Source: a virus
Virus record (IMG/VR): IMGVR_UViG_3300027708_002199
Span: 6,946 to 70,945 of that record
DNA length: 64,000 bases
Strand: one strand, 5' to 3'
The notes beneath the pieces are model-generated. The model searched no databases and had not been told where the DNA came from. It saw only the letters and a program-made list of their open reading frames with translations. The position numbers and the translations under genes are program-made. This document shows positions 9,954 to 21,439 of this stretch, in pieces; the stretch's first letter is position 1, and every line of letters starts with the position of its first letter.

Positions 9954-11048
9954 TTAACTCTTAACAACGTTGAAAAAACCATATCCATATTTTGCTAACC
10001 CTGGTGTTGTTCCTACTTCACCTATTCTTCTAAAATTCTCTAACCCACTATTAACCCCTCTCTCAATCAAAACAGTAGTTTGAATTTGGAAATCATCAAT
10101 AACATTCATTAAAACTTCATTTTTAGTTATCGCACTATAATGTAACATTGATTCAGTTAGTCCTGAAGAATATGCAACAAATACTGAAGTCCCTCCCGAA
10201 AAATCTAAATAATCTATATTATTAATAGTATATGCGGTATATCCATTTTGTATATTTGTAACCGTTCCTGTACACCCTGAACAATCAGGTATTGGTATGT
10301 TAACACCAATTTGATATGGGTTTGAACCATACAACGCCAATTCTCTCAATCTTGATTGAGTTGACCCCGAAATAACATAAGGTACTGAGACATACGCAGG
10401 TGTTGATTGTTCATATAAGTTAAGGTTAGAGTCACCAGACCAAGTAAAGTTATACAATGATGGAGCGGTACTCCAACTACCACCTTGTGAAACAAAAGTA
10501 ACCGTACCTAATGGATTTAAAATTTGAACGTCTGTAAATGGAACTTCTACCGTTTTTTGAACCGTTAGTATACCAAAACTATTAAATTGAGTTAAGGTAA
10601 TAACAAAGTTTTGAGGGGTATTTGTATTACACTGTGAGTACACATGACTAATATAATCAGGTGAAAAATTAGTTATAGATTGGACAGGTGTACCATCCCC
10701 CCAATCAACTTGATAAGTGGAATCTTGTAAATAATTAATTGTACTTTCTGTGGTATTATAAACATAGTACGTACATGGTGAACCTGTTGTTGCACTAAAA
10801 AGAAAATTAACATTAACATTTTGTTGACTAATATCACCATCAAAGACTGAGTAGTAACCTATATCATGATAATCTTGATTTAATACAATCGGTATTGTTA
10901 ATCCTGTAAATAATGAAGACCCGTTTGTTCCACCACTTAACATTTGACTAAGACCTGAGTATACACCAAAAGTATTACCATCATAAGTTTCACTAATAAT
11001 GTCTGTCTTTAAAAACTCAGGTGATATTTTTATTCTAATAGTATCCAT
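9954..11048 (-). CDS. Putative structural protein with PKD-like domain
   Basis: YQVDWGDGTPVQ...SHVYS matches PKD W(D)xGDG...H.Y signature. Confidence 0.6.
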   Translation of the reverse strand: MDTIRIKISPEFLKTDIISETYDGNTFGVYSGLSQMLSGGTNGSSLFTGLTIPIVLNQDYHDIGYYSVFDGDISQQNVNVNFLFSATTGSPCTYYVYNTTESTINYLQDSTYQVDWGDGTPVQSITNFSPDYISHVYSQCNTNTPQNFVITLTQFNSFGILTVQKTVEVPFTDVQILNPLGTVTFVSQGGSWSTAPSLYNFTWSGDSNLNLYEQSTPAYVSVPYVISGSTQSRLRELALYGSNPYQIGVNIPIPDCSGCTGTVTNIQNGYTAYTINNIDYLDFSGGTSVFVAYSSGLTESMLHYSAITKNEVLMNVIDDFQIQTTVLIERGVNSGLENFRRIGEVGTTPGLAKYGYGFFNVVKS

Positions 11049-12172
11049 TAACCATTATTCTTTGGTGGGTTTATGTATTCATACCAATCTAATGTCAGTA
11101 AACTTTTACCTGAACCTGTTACATTATATAAGTAATTAATAAAATCAAAAGTAACCTCACGATAAAAATAATCGTTGTCAATTCTAAACGGTTTATTTGT
11201 ATTAATACTAGTTTGTTTTCGGGTTGTAAAAGTTGTATATTCACCAGTTTTACCGTTAAAAAACTTAACTCTCATATAAAGTTTATCAAGTTTTAAAATA
11301 TCAAAATCTTTAAACCAATAAATAAAATATGACTCTTTTAACCCAATATGGTCTAATTCAAAAGTTGGTGCTAAAGATTGAACAACATTACTAATAGTAG
11401 TTGTTGTTGTAACATTCGTTTCATTTCCAGATTCATCAATACATGTACATCCACTTATAAACGTAATAACCCCATTAGATGAAGAATATGTACCAGCAAC
11501 TGACGGAATTGTAAATGTACCTACATTTGTATTAATAACAATATTTGAATTATTTAAAACACACAATTGTCCAGTAAAAAAAGTACCCCCGCCATTTATA
11601 TTTGTTTCTTTATTACAACAATCTGTATATCTAATGCTATAAACTTTTAAAGATACTTGTATCAGTAATGTACTACAATTATAAGTCGTCGTTGTTGTTG
11701 ATGTAACAACCTCTGTCGGTAAACTTAAAGAACCATTTAATATTAAAGTTAAATAATTTTTTTGTGTTCTAGCGTCTTTACTATCATATAAGTCAACCTT
11801 GAAGAACGACTTTTGGACTGTCATTGCATTAGTTCTAAGTTCTTCAGGAGTAAACGTATTACCCAACTCATAACTATTATACCATGTAGGTACTAATGCG
11901 TTTGGTGTTAATGTATTTTGTGTGTAATCAGCAAAATAAAATTTATAAGTTATTGAAGTATTAAGTTCATTATTACTATCTAAAATAGGTTTTCGTGAGA
12001 ACCTAGCCATCTCAAAGTTTTGTGGTACACCAACCATTTCTTTAGCAACAATAGATTCGTAATCATCAATCAAATCACCACGATTAGCAAAATCCCAAGT
12101 AGTCGGTATGTTAACCTGTAACTGAAAATTTTTATTTGTATTTAAAATTTTATACTTATTCACATCCGTCAA
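11048..12172 (-). CDS. Hypothetical structural protein with Cys-rich insert
   Basis: 374 aa ORF overlapping neighbours in the baseplate operon. Confidence 0.55.
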   Translation of the reverse strand: MTDVNKYKILNTNKNFQLQVNIPTTWDFANRGDLIDDYESIVAKEMVGVPQNFEMARFSRKPILDSNNELNTSITYKFYFADYTQNTLTPNALVPTWYNSYELGNTFTPEELRTNAMTVQKSFFKVDLYDSKDARTQKNYLTLILNGSLSLPTEVVTSTTTTTYNCSTLLIQVSLKVYSIRYTDCCNKETNINGGGTFFTGQLCVLNNSNIVINTNVGTFTIPSVAGTYSSSNGVITFISGCTCIDESGNETNVTTTTTISNVVQSLAPTFELDHIGLKESYFIYWFKDFDILKLDKLYMRVKFFNGKTGEYTTFTTRKQTSINTNKPFRIDNDYFYREVTFDFINYLYNVTGSGKSLLTLDWYEYINPPKNNG

Positions 12173-14003
12173 TTATTGGGTCGTTAACTGAAATACTAGT
12201 GTTAAACACATTAGTACCTTCAGGTATTATTTTAAAAAAGAAATTATCATATAAATAATGTCTACCATTCATAAATGGATAATCAACACCAACATTAGTT
12301 TCATCTATAAAACCATATGGATATAAATCTCTCCATCTAAAATCATTATTTCTTACAGAGTAATAAGCGTGATTTGGGAAATTCTCAATTCTAAAATTCT
12401 GTGGGTTACCCTCATCACTCTGTTCAACATATGGAGAATATTCCTTAACAGTTAAACTATTATGAGGTTTATAGTAATATCCAAGTTGATTTTGTATGTT
12501 AGGTCCAATAGAAAAATTATCAGGATTAAAAGTAAACTTATGGTAATAATCAGATATTACTCTTTCTTTTTGGTCAAAATCATTCCATTCACAATAATCT
12601 CCGTAAATTGTATCTCCAGTATTTAAATTCCTATTATAATAAAATGCTCTTTGTGAAACTAATGGTGTTGCGTTTTGTTCGTAATTATCAAAGGTATTAG
12701 GATTGTTCCAAAAGTTAGTTTGTATATTCGTTAATGAAAATTGATTAGACCACCAGTTATTTAACTGAGGTCCTAAATTAAAATCCCAACCTTGTCTCAA
12801 CGAAACATTACTTGTACCGTTAGGTTTATTAAACCAACCAAAATAACCTCTGTTAATAACTGTAACAAATATTTCCGATACGGGTCTTCTTTGATTATCA
12901 ATCATTCCTTTTAAATCAAGGTATTCTTGGAAGGAAACATTATAAGATAAACTATCTTCTTTAACCGAAACTCTTCCTTGATTATTTAAGTATGGTGGTT
13001 GTAAAGATTTTGATTCAAACTTTTTCTTTGTCCTTAAAGCATTATTTTCAAAACCTGAGTTATTAATTATCGCTTGTCGATATGGTGTTAATATCTTGTG
13101 TAATCTAACATAATATTTTGAAGTTGTTTCCTCAATATTATTTATGTCTAATACTCGTTTAAAAGTCCCTTGAAGTCCGTTTGTAAAAACGTTGCATTGA
13201 TACCCAACATCATAGACATCAAAAACTGTAAGTTCAGAATCGACAAAACCATTACCTAAATTATAAACTTCAAACGCCTGTATGTTATTACAATTACCAC
13301 CTGTTTGGAAACTTAATGACACATATTCACCCGGAGTTAATCCGTGTGGACATGGACAAGTAAACCTCAACATTGGTTTTCCGTCACCATCATTTGTTTT
13401 ATTCATTATAAATGGTATACCATCACCCGCAGTCCAACTATATGTCGTTGACGTACCTGTTTGATACTGCATAGTCGTCGCAGTTGTTGAACTAAAAGCG
13501 TAAGTTAAATGAAAATACCAATTATAAAATGTGGTTTCACTTGCTTGAAATTTAATATGTTTGTTTGCGCCAACTGTCCATCCCGGTATTCCGTAATCAG
13601 TTCTAATAAATTTAAATTCATCGTACTGTGGGAATCCTTTCCAAGCAATAGGTGTTAAACAATTAAAATTAATTTGGTCTTGTTTATCTACTAAAACGTT
13701 AGAATAATACAAATTATTATTAAATGGTGGATACGGGTAATTTTGATTGTTAACCAACTTACCAGCAACACCTTCATAAGCATTTTCAAATACCATATTA
13801 AACTTACAAGTAGGTACAAAAATTGTTGAAGCTTGTCTTTCAGTATCAAATAATTGAGCTAAATTTAAATTTGTATTTCTTGAATATTCTTCAAGTTCTT
13901 TAATAGTATTTTCAATTGGGATTTGTAAACTAATGTCATTATCAGTTGCTCCCTTATATCTTAAAGAACCTTTAATATATCTATTACTTCCTAAATCAGA
14001 CAT
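12156..14003 (-). CDS. Hypothetical structural protein
   Basis: 615 aa ORF, Asn/Tyr rich, overlapping neighbours in the baseplate operon. Confidence 0.55.
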   Translation of the reverse strand: MSDLGSNRYIKGSLRYKGATDNDISLQIPIENTIKELEEYSRNTNLNLAQLFDTERQASTIFVPTCKFNMVFENAYEGVAGKLVNNQNYPYPPFNNNLYYSNVLVDKQDQINFNCLTPIAWKGFPQYDEFKFIRTDYGIPGWTVGANKHIKFQASETTFYNWYFHLTYAFSSTTATTMQYQTGTSTTYSWTAGDGIPFIMNKTNDGDGKPMLRFTCPCPHGLTPGEYVSLSFQTGGNCNNIQAFEVYNLGNGFVDSELTVFDVYDVGYQCNVFTNGLQGTFKRVLDINNIEETTSKYYVRLHKILTPYRQAIINNSGFENNALRTKKKFESKSLQPPYLNNQGRVSVKEDSLSYNVSFQEYLDLKGMIDNQRRPVSEIFVTVINRGYFGWFNKPNGTSNVSLRQGWDFNLGPQLNNWWSNQFSLTNIQTNFWNNPNTFDNYEQNATPLVSQRAFYYNRNLNTGDTIYGDYCEWNDFDQKERVISDYYHKFTFNPDNFSIGPNIQNQLGYYYKPHNSLTVKEYSPYVEQSDEGNPQNFRIENFPNHAYYSVRNNDFRWRDLYPYGFIDETNVGVDYPFMNGRHYLYDNFFFKIIPEGTNVFNTSISVNDPIIDGCE

Positions 14004-17000
14004 TTGTTTCAGTATTAATATATTTTGTTATGAACACATCCATAGCGCTTCCACCTTTCTTCAATCCAAAATAGAAGTAAAACGGTGCTCCCACTAAAAA
14101 CTTTTGTTCGAAATTTTGTGGTGTTAATTCGGTTGGTACTCCGTTATTGTCAAAATTAATTTGAGTACCTCTAACGTAATAACCATCACTTTGGTCATTT
14201 TGGAAATATTGCGACGCAGGATTTAATCTGTCTAAACTTTGGTATTTGTAAGAGAAAAACGCCTCATCAGCGGTACTATAATTGTTTGATTGACTACCAA
14301 ATATATTTGTAGTTGGCCCACCACAATAATTTAAACCCCATTGGTAAAATGGAACTTCCTGAGAATTAGTTTTAATATTAGTAAACCAACAATCAATTAT
14401 TTGTTGATTATTTATCAATGTACCTGAACTATTCCAATTAGTTCTTCTTGGAGAGATATAATCTCTATCTTGAGTATCACCTGTAAGTAATAACCCAAAT
14501 ACTGGAAAGTTATTAATCTGCCCAAAAAATACTGAATCGGAAGTATAAGCTTCAGGTGAAAATTCCGTCATACCAAATTGTGAATTAATAGCAATCATTT
14601 GCGAATAATCACCATCAATATATCCAGGAACTAAAGTTGCTCCATTATTATTCCATCTTGTATTTGAAAATAAAGCCTTTACTGAAGGGTCGTTACTACC
14701 TTCATCTGGACTATCTGAAGTTGGTATAAGTTGTTGATTAAATGAAGTGTTAATTAATCTACTTAAAATAAATAAATTTAATACATCATTAATTCCTTGG
14801 AATGATGTCGATTTAACTTTAGAAACGATATATCCGTCATAATCATCGTTATATACCAACTCTTGTATAAAATCTGACTTAGGACCTAAATCTAATAGTG
14901 TTGTTGGTGAACCTAAAAATTTATTATTACCAGTATTAGTTGCATTTCCTCTGTTGTTCTTTTTACCAATAAAACCTCCTATTTCAAGATTATTTTGGTC
15001 TAAAACTTGAAAGGGACTACTTCTATAATAGAAATTACTTGTTTGGTCATGTAAATAAATTAAATCAGTACAATATAAACTTGACGGATTATTATTTAAA
15101 TCAAATATTCTTTGGTTTTGGAACGGATACGCATATAATGTCCCATTAATATATTGGTTAGTAAAATTATGAGATGTAACATCAAAACACAACGCTAAAT
15201 TTAAATTAAGTCGTGTCATCCACTCAACTAAATTTCTTACATCTTGACCAATAGTTAACAACGGTCTTGACACAATATTATAACATCCTTTACCCTGAAG
15301 AAAAAATAATTCTTTACCTGATGGGTCAATATAATCTTGAACACAATTAGGTTTAATATATGGTTCCCCATTAGAATTAACACCATAACAAGATAATGGA
15401 ACCGATTCCGAACAATTGCTTAAACTATTCAATACTTGAGTATAACTTGGTGGTGTAAATATTAGCGAACTTTCATTATTTGTTTGTGGGGTAGTATCAA
15501 TTGCAATAACTTGAGTTGATTCACCTTCATCATTTATTTTAAAAATTGCAAATTGACTATTTTGGTGTAATAAGAAACTATTTGATTTTGCAGTTTGAAT
15601 TGTTGTTGACGTTGGTAACCTATCAGACCTAAACACAATGTTCAATCCATCATTTAAAGAGGTAGTCATACCTGTCCCATATTGTGTTGAGAAAAATCTT
15701 GGGGTACCAATTAATTTTTCTTGAGTTGTGGTAACAACTCCTGTACCATCAGTAAACTCTTCCACATCAATTCCAAATGGTATTGTTACAATTCCATTTG
15801 TTCCGTTATATGAAAAATTACTTCTCATGAAAGAAGCTCCATCAATAACTTCATTACCCTGATAACCTAATACATTTTTAACACCTGCACATCGATTATC
15901 TTTCTGAGCGGTATAAAAAGAAAAGTTATCAGTACCAACCCCATAAGGGACGTAATATGTTTGAGGTGAAGTAAATATTTTTGTGAAGGTATTTACCTTA
16001 TAACTGGAATTATTTTCGCTACAACTATTATTAGAATTTATAGTTAAAACATTTTGACTAAATGATGTTGTTAGATTATCAAGTATGTTATTACCAAACA
16101 TATTTATACCCATCCCTATTGAATCGAAGTAATTTAATATGTTATCTCCAGCAAATACAATTTGTCCATTACTGGAATTAAAACTTGTCGCGTCTACCGA
16201 TGAATAATATGACGGTAATGTCGTATTCCCATTAGTAACATAATCATTTTGATTATAAGTAAATGCATAACTTTGTTTAAACAAATTTGAAGTGTTGTCT
16301 AAAATTTCATTATGTCTGTCAGAATAAATTGTACCTGTAATAGGATAATTCATTTTAAATTCACCTTCAACAATTAAAGAATTATTAAAGTTATTTGAAT
16401 ATGAGTTAAAACCAAATATTCTACTTAAATCAATTTTTTGAGGAATTCTAGGCGAATGTACATCAATACCACGTTGTAAAATAACTATTTTATAATCATC
16501 ATAATCAGTAATAAAGTTTGTTAAACGTGTTGACCCAGCTTCAATAATACCCGTTGCCTTATTTGGCATAATTCTAATATAAGGTATATTCAAATAAGAT
16601 TGAGTATTATTAACTCGTTGTAAGTATCTAACACCAAAACTTAATTCATCCGAACTTGGGTTTGCCAATGTAACATATTGGCCTATCGTCATCCCTGTAA
16701 TAACTTGGAAATATTCGACATCTGATGCAAATGGTGTAATCCTATCAACAGATGTTGTAGAAGATAAAATAGGTACAATATATGTTGTTTCTAAATCACC
16801 CGTTCCCTGGCCTAACGGAGAGTTAGGATTAGCATATGTAACTGTTAATGATGGTGGGAATATTGTAGTACCAGTCGTAACATTTCGATTTAAGTCACCG
16901 CTTAAAGTATCATCTTGGAATGAAATTAACTGTCCTAAAGAGTAATCAGGAGCAGTTTTATCTAATACCAAAATTATAACATTATCATAATGGAAATCGT

Positions 17001-19539
17001 TAACACCTATATTTTCATTAGGAAACCATTTCACCTTTATTTGATTCCATCCAAGTTCAGAACCATTTCCAAAATCAGTTACGTTATTAAAATATTTTGA
17101 TTTAGTATTAAATAAATTATATAACTCAGAAGGTGGTAATGCCGTTGTTGAATAATATTCACCAGTTGAAACATATTGTGAGTTTGCGGAATCTAAATAA
17201 TATGTTGGTTGAATTGGGAATCTTTTAATATTAATATCAACCGAACCTGTAAATATTTGACTAACAACATTGATTGATTCTACAGGTATCCCATTATATA
17301 AAGCATTTGATGTACTATTAATTAAATAAGATGTTTGTAAATCAAAATCCACTTGAGGAAATGAAATTGAGGGTCCATTGTAAGTTGAGTCAATTTCAGT
17401 ACTTGAATTACATTTACATCTTTCACATCCGTCATCAGTATAAAGGACTAAAGGTAATGTAACATTTCTAAGTTTCTTAGCAATTCTTTTAATATCATCA
17501 TAAATTAATGCTAAAGTAACCGAACCCGATAACCATAATAATGCCTTTATTCCGTGATTAACCGCAAGTGCAACTGCTGGAGGGACATTAGCTAAAGCCG
17601 CAGCAACACCAATAATTTCATAAGCACATTGGTATAAAAAAAATCCTATAAGAAATGTCATTGTTGCCGGCAATATTGTCACAAACAAAAATGCCAACAC
17701 ATGAATAACAAATAAAAGAGCTATAAAAATAAATTTAAATAGATTTAAGAAAAAAGAGATGATTAAATAAATAAAATCAAACCTATAAAAAGCATCGTTA
17801 GTTGGAAATGTATTATAGTCACCCTGACAACTTGTATCAGTAATTCTTTTAATACCAACAGTATTCCAAGCGTATCTACTACCCTGATATCTATCAATAA
17901 ACTGAGTTGTAGTATATACCTTATTATACGATATATCATAGAATGTATCTCTACAATTAATTGCCTCATCAGGTACCGCATAATCATTCCAATCTAAACT
18001 AAAAGCGTAAGAACCTTCCAACATAAATCTGTTAAAAGGAATATTATAAAATGTAAAAAGATATTGGGCCGCAGGGTCTTCTCTATAAAATTGTAATGTA
18101 TAAGTCCCGACTTCTCTAAATAATTGACTGAGATAAGGGTTACCATTAGGGTCAGTAATTGTTAAATCTCTAACATTCTGTACCGTTTTAATCCTAAAAA
18201 TATCACTTTCGTTAACTGTGAGTGTCGCCGTAACCAAATCACTATCAGGTAACTGACCACTATCGGTAAAATCAAATTCACTAAAAGCTAATGATATTGG
18301 GTCAGTAAATGGGTCATTCCATCCTCTTTCTTTAATGTTTGGTAATAAAAAATACGCTCTCTTGGTTGGGTCACTTAAAGCGGGTGATTGTGACCACTTA
18401 ACTTTAAATCGATATTTACCCCTTGTTGGTACCCCTAACTTAGGGTCACTACTTATTTTTTTAACACCATTCTCATCGGTATACACATAGTCCAAGTTCA
18501 TAGGTACTTCTAACACCCACACCCCATTTTCGTCAATAACTTTACCGTCATTGTCTAACTGAGCTTGTTCTAAAATTGGTCTACCATCCTTATCATTAAA
18601 GATTGTTTGTCTCAGAGCAATTATCTGTCCAGGACCTGTAGTCATGGTACATAATTCACCAGCAGTCCTTTTAACTTTACACGCTGATTGTGTTTGATTT
18701 AAAAATTTAAAGTTCTTACCAACTTTTTGAGTATCATCAGTAGATATTATTGAACCCATAAAAACTGCCGTAGGTTCAAGTTTAACATTATTCTCAGATG
18801 TTAAATCAAAGTCAACTCTAGCAATGTTATAATTACAAATCTCAAGTTCACCAAAGAATGGTTCAATCTGAACCGTTTTTTGAACTGTCACAATTTGTGG
18901 TAACTCAGCGTAATTTGTTGATGATTTAAATTTTGAACCATTAACGGTACTCTCAGTCGCCAACCCCATTCTTATCAAATCTTGGGGAGTTAACGAGAAC
19001 TCACCAATGTCTGAAAGGTCAACTTGCATAAATAAAGTTTGTTGTCCCAATGGGAGACCAAAAATCATGTAGTCACCCGACTCATTAGTTTTAACTGTAA
19101 ACTTGTAATATTTTTCGTAAACCTGAATAAGTGGTTTATCAGTTAAAACATCTAAACGTTCAGGAAAAGTACCAGTAGGGACGTGACCTGAGTGTGATTG
19201 AGTATAAGGTAAAAGATTATATCTATACCCATCATCATTAATATCTGTAAAACTTTTATAAGGATATAATGAAGCAATATAGTCATTTTGAGTATCTATG
19301 TCCTCGATTGGAATAAATACAGAAACTCTTGCGTTAGGGATACCAAAACCATTATTACAAAATATTCTACCACAAACAACACCATAATCCGCACAACTTC
19401 TAATGTAGATATCGTCAGGACGAATAGCCAAAGACAAAATTTCTAATGTATCAAAATTTTGTTCTAAAACTATAGGTATCTTAACAGGAATATTTTGGTT
19501 AATACCTAATTGGGTACGTATTCTATATGACTTTGGCAT
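13996..19539 (-). CDS. Large baseplate-associated protein with N-terminal beta-sandwich and central hydrophobic helices
   Basis: 1847 aa; GVVCGRIF...GIPNARVSVF...TNESGDYMIFGLPLG resembles a carboxypeptidase-regulatory-like/prealbumin fold; ~90 aa hydrophobic stretch. Confidence 0.55.
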   Translation of the reverse strand: MPKSYRIRTQLGINQNIPVKIPIVLEQNFDTLEILSLAIRPDDIYIRSCADYGVVCGRIFCNNGFGIPNARVSVFIPIEDIDTQNDYIASLYPYKSFTDINDDGYRYNLLPYTQSHSGHVPTGTFPERLDVLTDKPLIQVYEKYYKFTVKTNESGDYMIFGLPLGQQTLFMQVDLSDIGEFSLTPQDLIRMGLATESTVNGSKFKSSTNYAELPQIVTVQKTVQIEPFFGELEICNYNIARVDFDLTSENNVKLEPTAVFMGSIISTDDTQKVGKNFKFLNQTQSACKVKRTAGELCTMTTGPGQIIALRQTIFNDKDGRPILEQAQLDNDGKVIDENGVWVLEVPMNLDYVYTDENGVKKISSDPKLGVPTRGKYRFKVKWSQSPALSDPTKRAYFLLPNIKERGWNDPFTDPISLAFSEFDFTDSGQLPDSDLVTATLTVNESDIFRIKTVQNVRDLTITDPNGNPYLSQLFREVGTYTLQFYREDPAAQYLFTFYNIPFNRFMLEGSYAFSLDWNDYAVPDEAINCRDTFYDISYNKVYTTTQFIDRYQGSRYAWNTVGIKRITDTSCQGDYNTFPTNDAFYRFDFIYLIISFFLNLFKFIFIALLFVIHVLAFLFVTILPATMTFLIGFFLYQCAYEIIGVAAALANVPPAVALAVNHGIKALLWLSGSVTLALIYDDIKRIAKKLRNVTLPLVLYTDDGCERCKCNSSTEIDSTYNGPSISFPQVDFDLQTSYLINSTSNALYNGIPVESINVVSQIFTGSVDINIKRFPIQPTYYLDSANSQYVSTGEYYSTTALPPSELYNLFNTKSKYFNNVTDFGNGSELGWNQIKVKWFPNENIGVNDFHYDNVIILVLDKTAPDYSLGQLISFQDDTLSGDLNRNVTTGTTIFPPSLTVTYANPNSPLGQGTGDLETTYIVPILSSTTSVDRITPFASDVEYFQVITGMTIGQYVTLANPSSDELSFGVRYLQRVNNTQSYLNIPYIRIMPNKATGIIEAGSTRLTNFITDYDDYKIVILQRGIDVHSPRIPQKIDLSRIFGFNSYSNNFNNSLIVEGEFKMNYPITGTIYSDRHNEILDNTSNLFKQSYAFTYNQNDYVTNGNTTLPSYYSSVDATSFNSSNGQIVFAGDNILNYFDSIGMGINMFGNNILDNLTTSFSQNVLTINSNNSCSENNSSYKVNTFTKIFTSPQTYYVPYGVGTDNFSFYTAQKDNRCAGVKNVLGYQGNEVIDGASFMRSNFSYNGTNGIVTIPFGIDVEEFTDGTGVVTTTQEKLIGTPRFFSTQYGTGMTTSLNDGLNIVFRSDRLPTSTTIQTAKSNSFLLHQNSQFAIFKINDEGESTQVIAIDTTPQTNNESSLIFTPPSYTQVLNSLSNCSESVPLSCYGVNSNGEPYIKPNCVQDYIDPSGKELFFLQGKGCYNIVSRPLLTIGQDVRNLVEWMTRLNLNLALCFDVTSHNFTNQYINGTLYAYPFQNQRIFDLNNNPSSLYCTDLIYLHDQTSNFYYRSSPFQVLDQNNLEIGGFIGKKNNRGNATNTGNNKFLGSPTTLLDLGPKSDFIQELVYNDDYDGYIVSKVKSTSFQGINDVLNLFILSRLINTSFNQQLIPTSDSPDEGSNDPSVKALFSNTRWNNNGATLVPGYIDGDYSQMIAINSQFGMTEFSPEAYTSDSVFFGQINNFPVFGLLLTGDTQDRDYISPRRTNWNSSGTLINNQQIIDCWFTNIKTNSQEVPFYQWGLNYCGGPTTNIFGSQSNNYSTADEAFFSYKYQSLDRLNPASQYFQNDQSDGYYVRGTQINFDNNGVPTELTPQNFEQKFLVGAPFYFYFGLKKGGSAMDVFITKYINTETNV

Positions 19540-19599
19540 TTTACTTTTTTAATAAATAGTTTAGCTACTATTTTCAAAATAGTAAATTATGTTTCAAAG

Positions 19600-21438
19600 T
19601 TAAGAGAAGTTGACAGTACTTAAATTTAAAGTACTTACAGTAATATCCTTATTTGGAAATCTAATTTGATAAATTTGTGATGGTGTGGCAAATAATGTTT
19701 CGTTAATCAAACCAATTTGTTTTGTTGTACTATCACTATACGCTTGTGATGTTTGATTTGAAGAGTACTGACCTCCGACTAAATTGAATACATTTATTTC
19801 ACTGATAGATAAAATACCGTTTAATGATTGTATTAATCTTTTTAACTCGGATATATAAACATTTTCACCCATACTCCTATTTAAAGGACTAAAGAAAGTA
19901 TCTACAGTATTAACTATATTAGTAACAACAGTTCCTTGATTTTGTGTTGAATCTAATACCACACTAATCTCAAGTTTTAAATCAATAACCTCAGCGCTTT
20001 CAACCGAAATATAATCATTAATCATTCGATAATTTGAAAGATAATTTGAAACATTTGTTTTCAAACTACTTGATACATTTGAACTTAGTTTGCCTTGGTC
20101 ATCAAAAGTTAACATTTTAACTTTAATTTTATTATCCTCTTCAGTTATTGCAACTTTCGCAGGTGCCCCAAATTGTGATGGCATTTTTCTTAAAACCGCA
20201 TTATAATCATTAATTGTCACCGCTCTGTTTTGAGAAGAAAAGTTAAATCCAATTAAGTTTCTAACTTCTTCAACAGTCGGAACGTTAGCTCCACCAATAG
20301 CCGCAGTGACATTAGTACAAGAAATACTATTAATAACTGAACTATTAATTGATGGATTTGGTCCATTAACCGCGAAATTGATAGTACCTATTTGGTTAAT
20401 AACACTTGTACCTAAATTAGTACCCAATCCACCACCAATTCTATATTGTACAAATAGTGTTGTATTTGGAGTAATTGTTGACCCTAATGATAAGTTATTT
20501 GAATATTTAGATAAATCTAAAGGTGTCCCATTTCTAGCAAACTCTCTTAAGAGTTCATCTGTTGACTGACTTCCTCCACCAAATGTCATTTTTAAAAATC
20601 CTTGTGGAGTATATTCAGTTATAAATTTATTACTTGTCTGAAGATACTTTCCAACTTTTTTTCCAGCAGCACTCTGTGAACCTGTTGGGTCTTCAACAAA
20701 TATTCTATCTTGTGCCAACGCATCAACCTCATACCATCTATTGTTTAGACCTAAAAATTCTTCAACAGACGGAACATTATTGTAGTTTAGTCCATCTTTT
20801 AATAAAACACTTGTAACCCCTAAAACATTTTTTTCAGGTAAAAACAATTCTAAAAATGGTCTTGACTCAGAGGTAGTAATTGTCTTTCTAAACACTTTAG
20901 TGATACCATTAACAACAGGTTCTCTTTTAGTAATTCTATAATTTATTGTTATCCCATTTGCGTTTTGAATAGGTGTTTTAGTTCTATTTCTAAAACCTTC
21001 ACTATTTGTTTCTTTTGAAAAATCTATGTCACTCGCAGTTTCAAAAACTTGTCCTGCACCATATACTTGTGAACCTCGTCTTAATATTCCACAATATTTA
21101 ATATTTTCTTTATCCCCATCAGCAGGAACGACAATTGAAAAATCTACTAAAGCAACTGACGGTCTTTGTCCAGGAATTTTAAGTCCGTATGTTCTTGCGA
21201 TGTTATATATTGATGAACTCTGTTGGGCATATTGTAATACAGTTTCTTGTATACCTCTATCAATGTGATAATGTAAATTATCTGTAACTGCAGCATTAAG
21301 GTCTAAAAAAACTGAAAAAACTGCCGCATCATTAACATTTTGAACTAACTCAGGGTAATACGCTTTAACAAAATTTACTAACTCTTGTCTTATATTTTGA
21401 AAGTCCCTTGTTGTATATGATATTTGTTTGTTTGCCAT
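19600..21438 (-). CDS. Baseplate wedge protein (T4 gp6 / P2 gpJ-like)
   Basis: RDFQNIRQEL N-terminus, YRIGGGLGTN, QNRAVTINDY motifs; follows gp25-like gene. Confidence 0.85.
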   Translation of the reverse strand: MANKQISYTTRDFQNIRQELVNFVKAYYPELVQNVNDAAVFSVFLDLNAAVTDNLHYHIDRGIQETVLQYAQQSSSIYNIARTYGLKIPGQRPSVALVDFSIVVPADGDKENIKYCGILRRGSQVYGAGQVFETASDIDFSKETNSEGFRNRTKTPIQNANGITINYRITKREPVVNGITKVFRKTITTSESRPFLELFLPEKNVLGVTSVLLKDGLNYNNVPSVEEFLGLNNRWYEVDALAQDRIFVEDPTGSQSAAGKKVGKYLQTSNKFITEYTPQGFLKMTFGGGSQSTDELLREFARNGTPLDLSKYSNNLSLGSTITPNTTLFVQYRIGGGLGTNLGTSVINQIGTINFAVNGPNPSINSSVINSISCTNVTAAIGGANVPTVEEVRNLIGFNFSSQNRAVTINDYNAVLRKMPSQFGAPAKVAITEEDNKIKVKMLTFDDQGKLSSNVSSSLKTNVSNYLSNYRMINDYISVESAEVIDLKLEISVVLDSTQNQGTVVTNIVNTVDTFFSPLNRSMGENVYISELKRLIQSLNGILSISEINVFNLVGGQYSSNQTSQAYSDSTTKQIGLINETLFATPSQIYQIRFPNKDITVSTLNLSTVNFS

Positions 21439-21439
21439 C

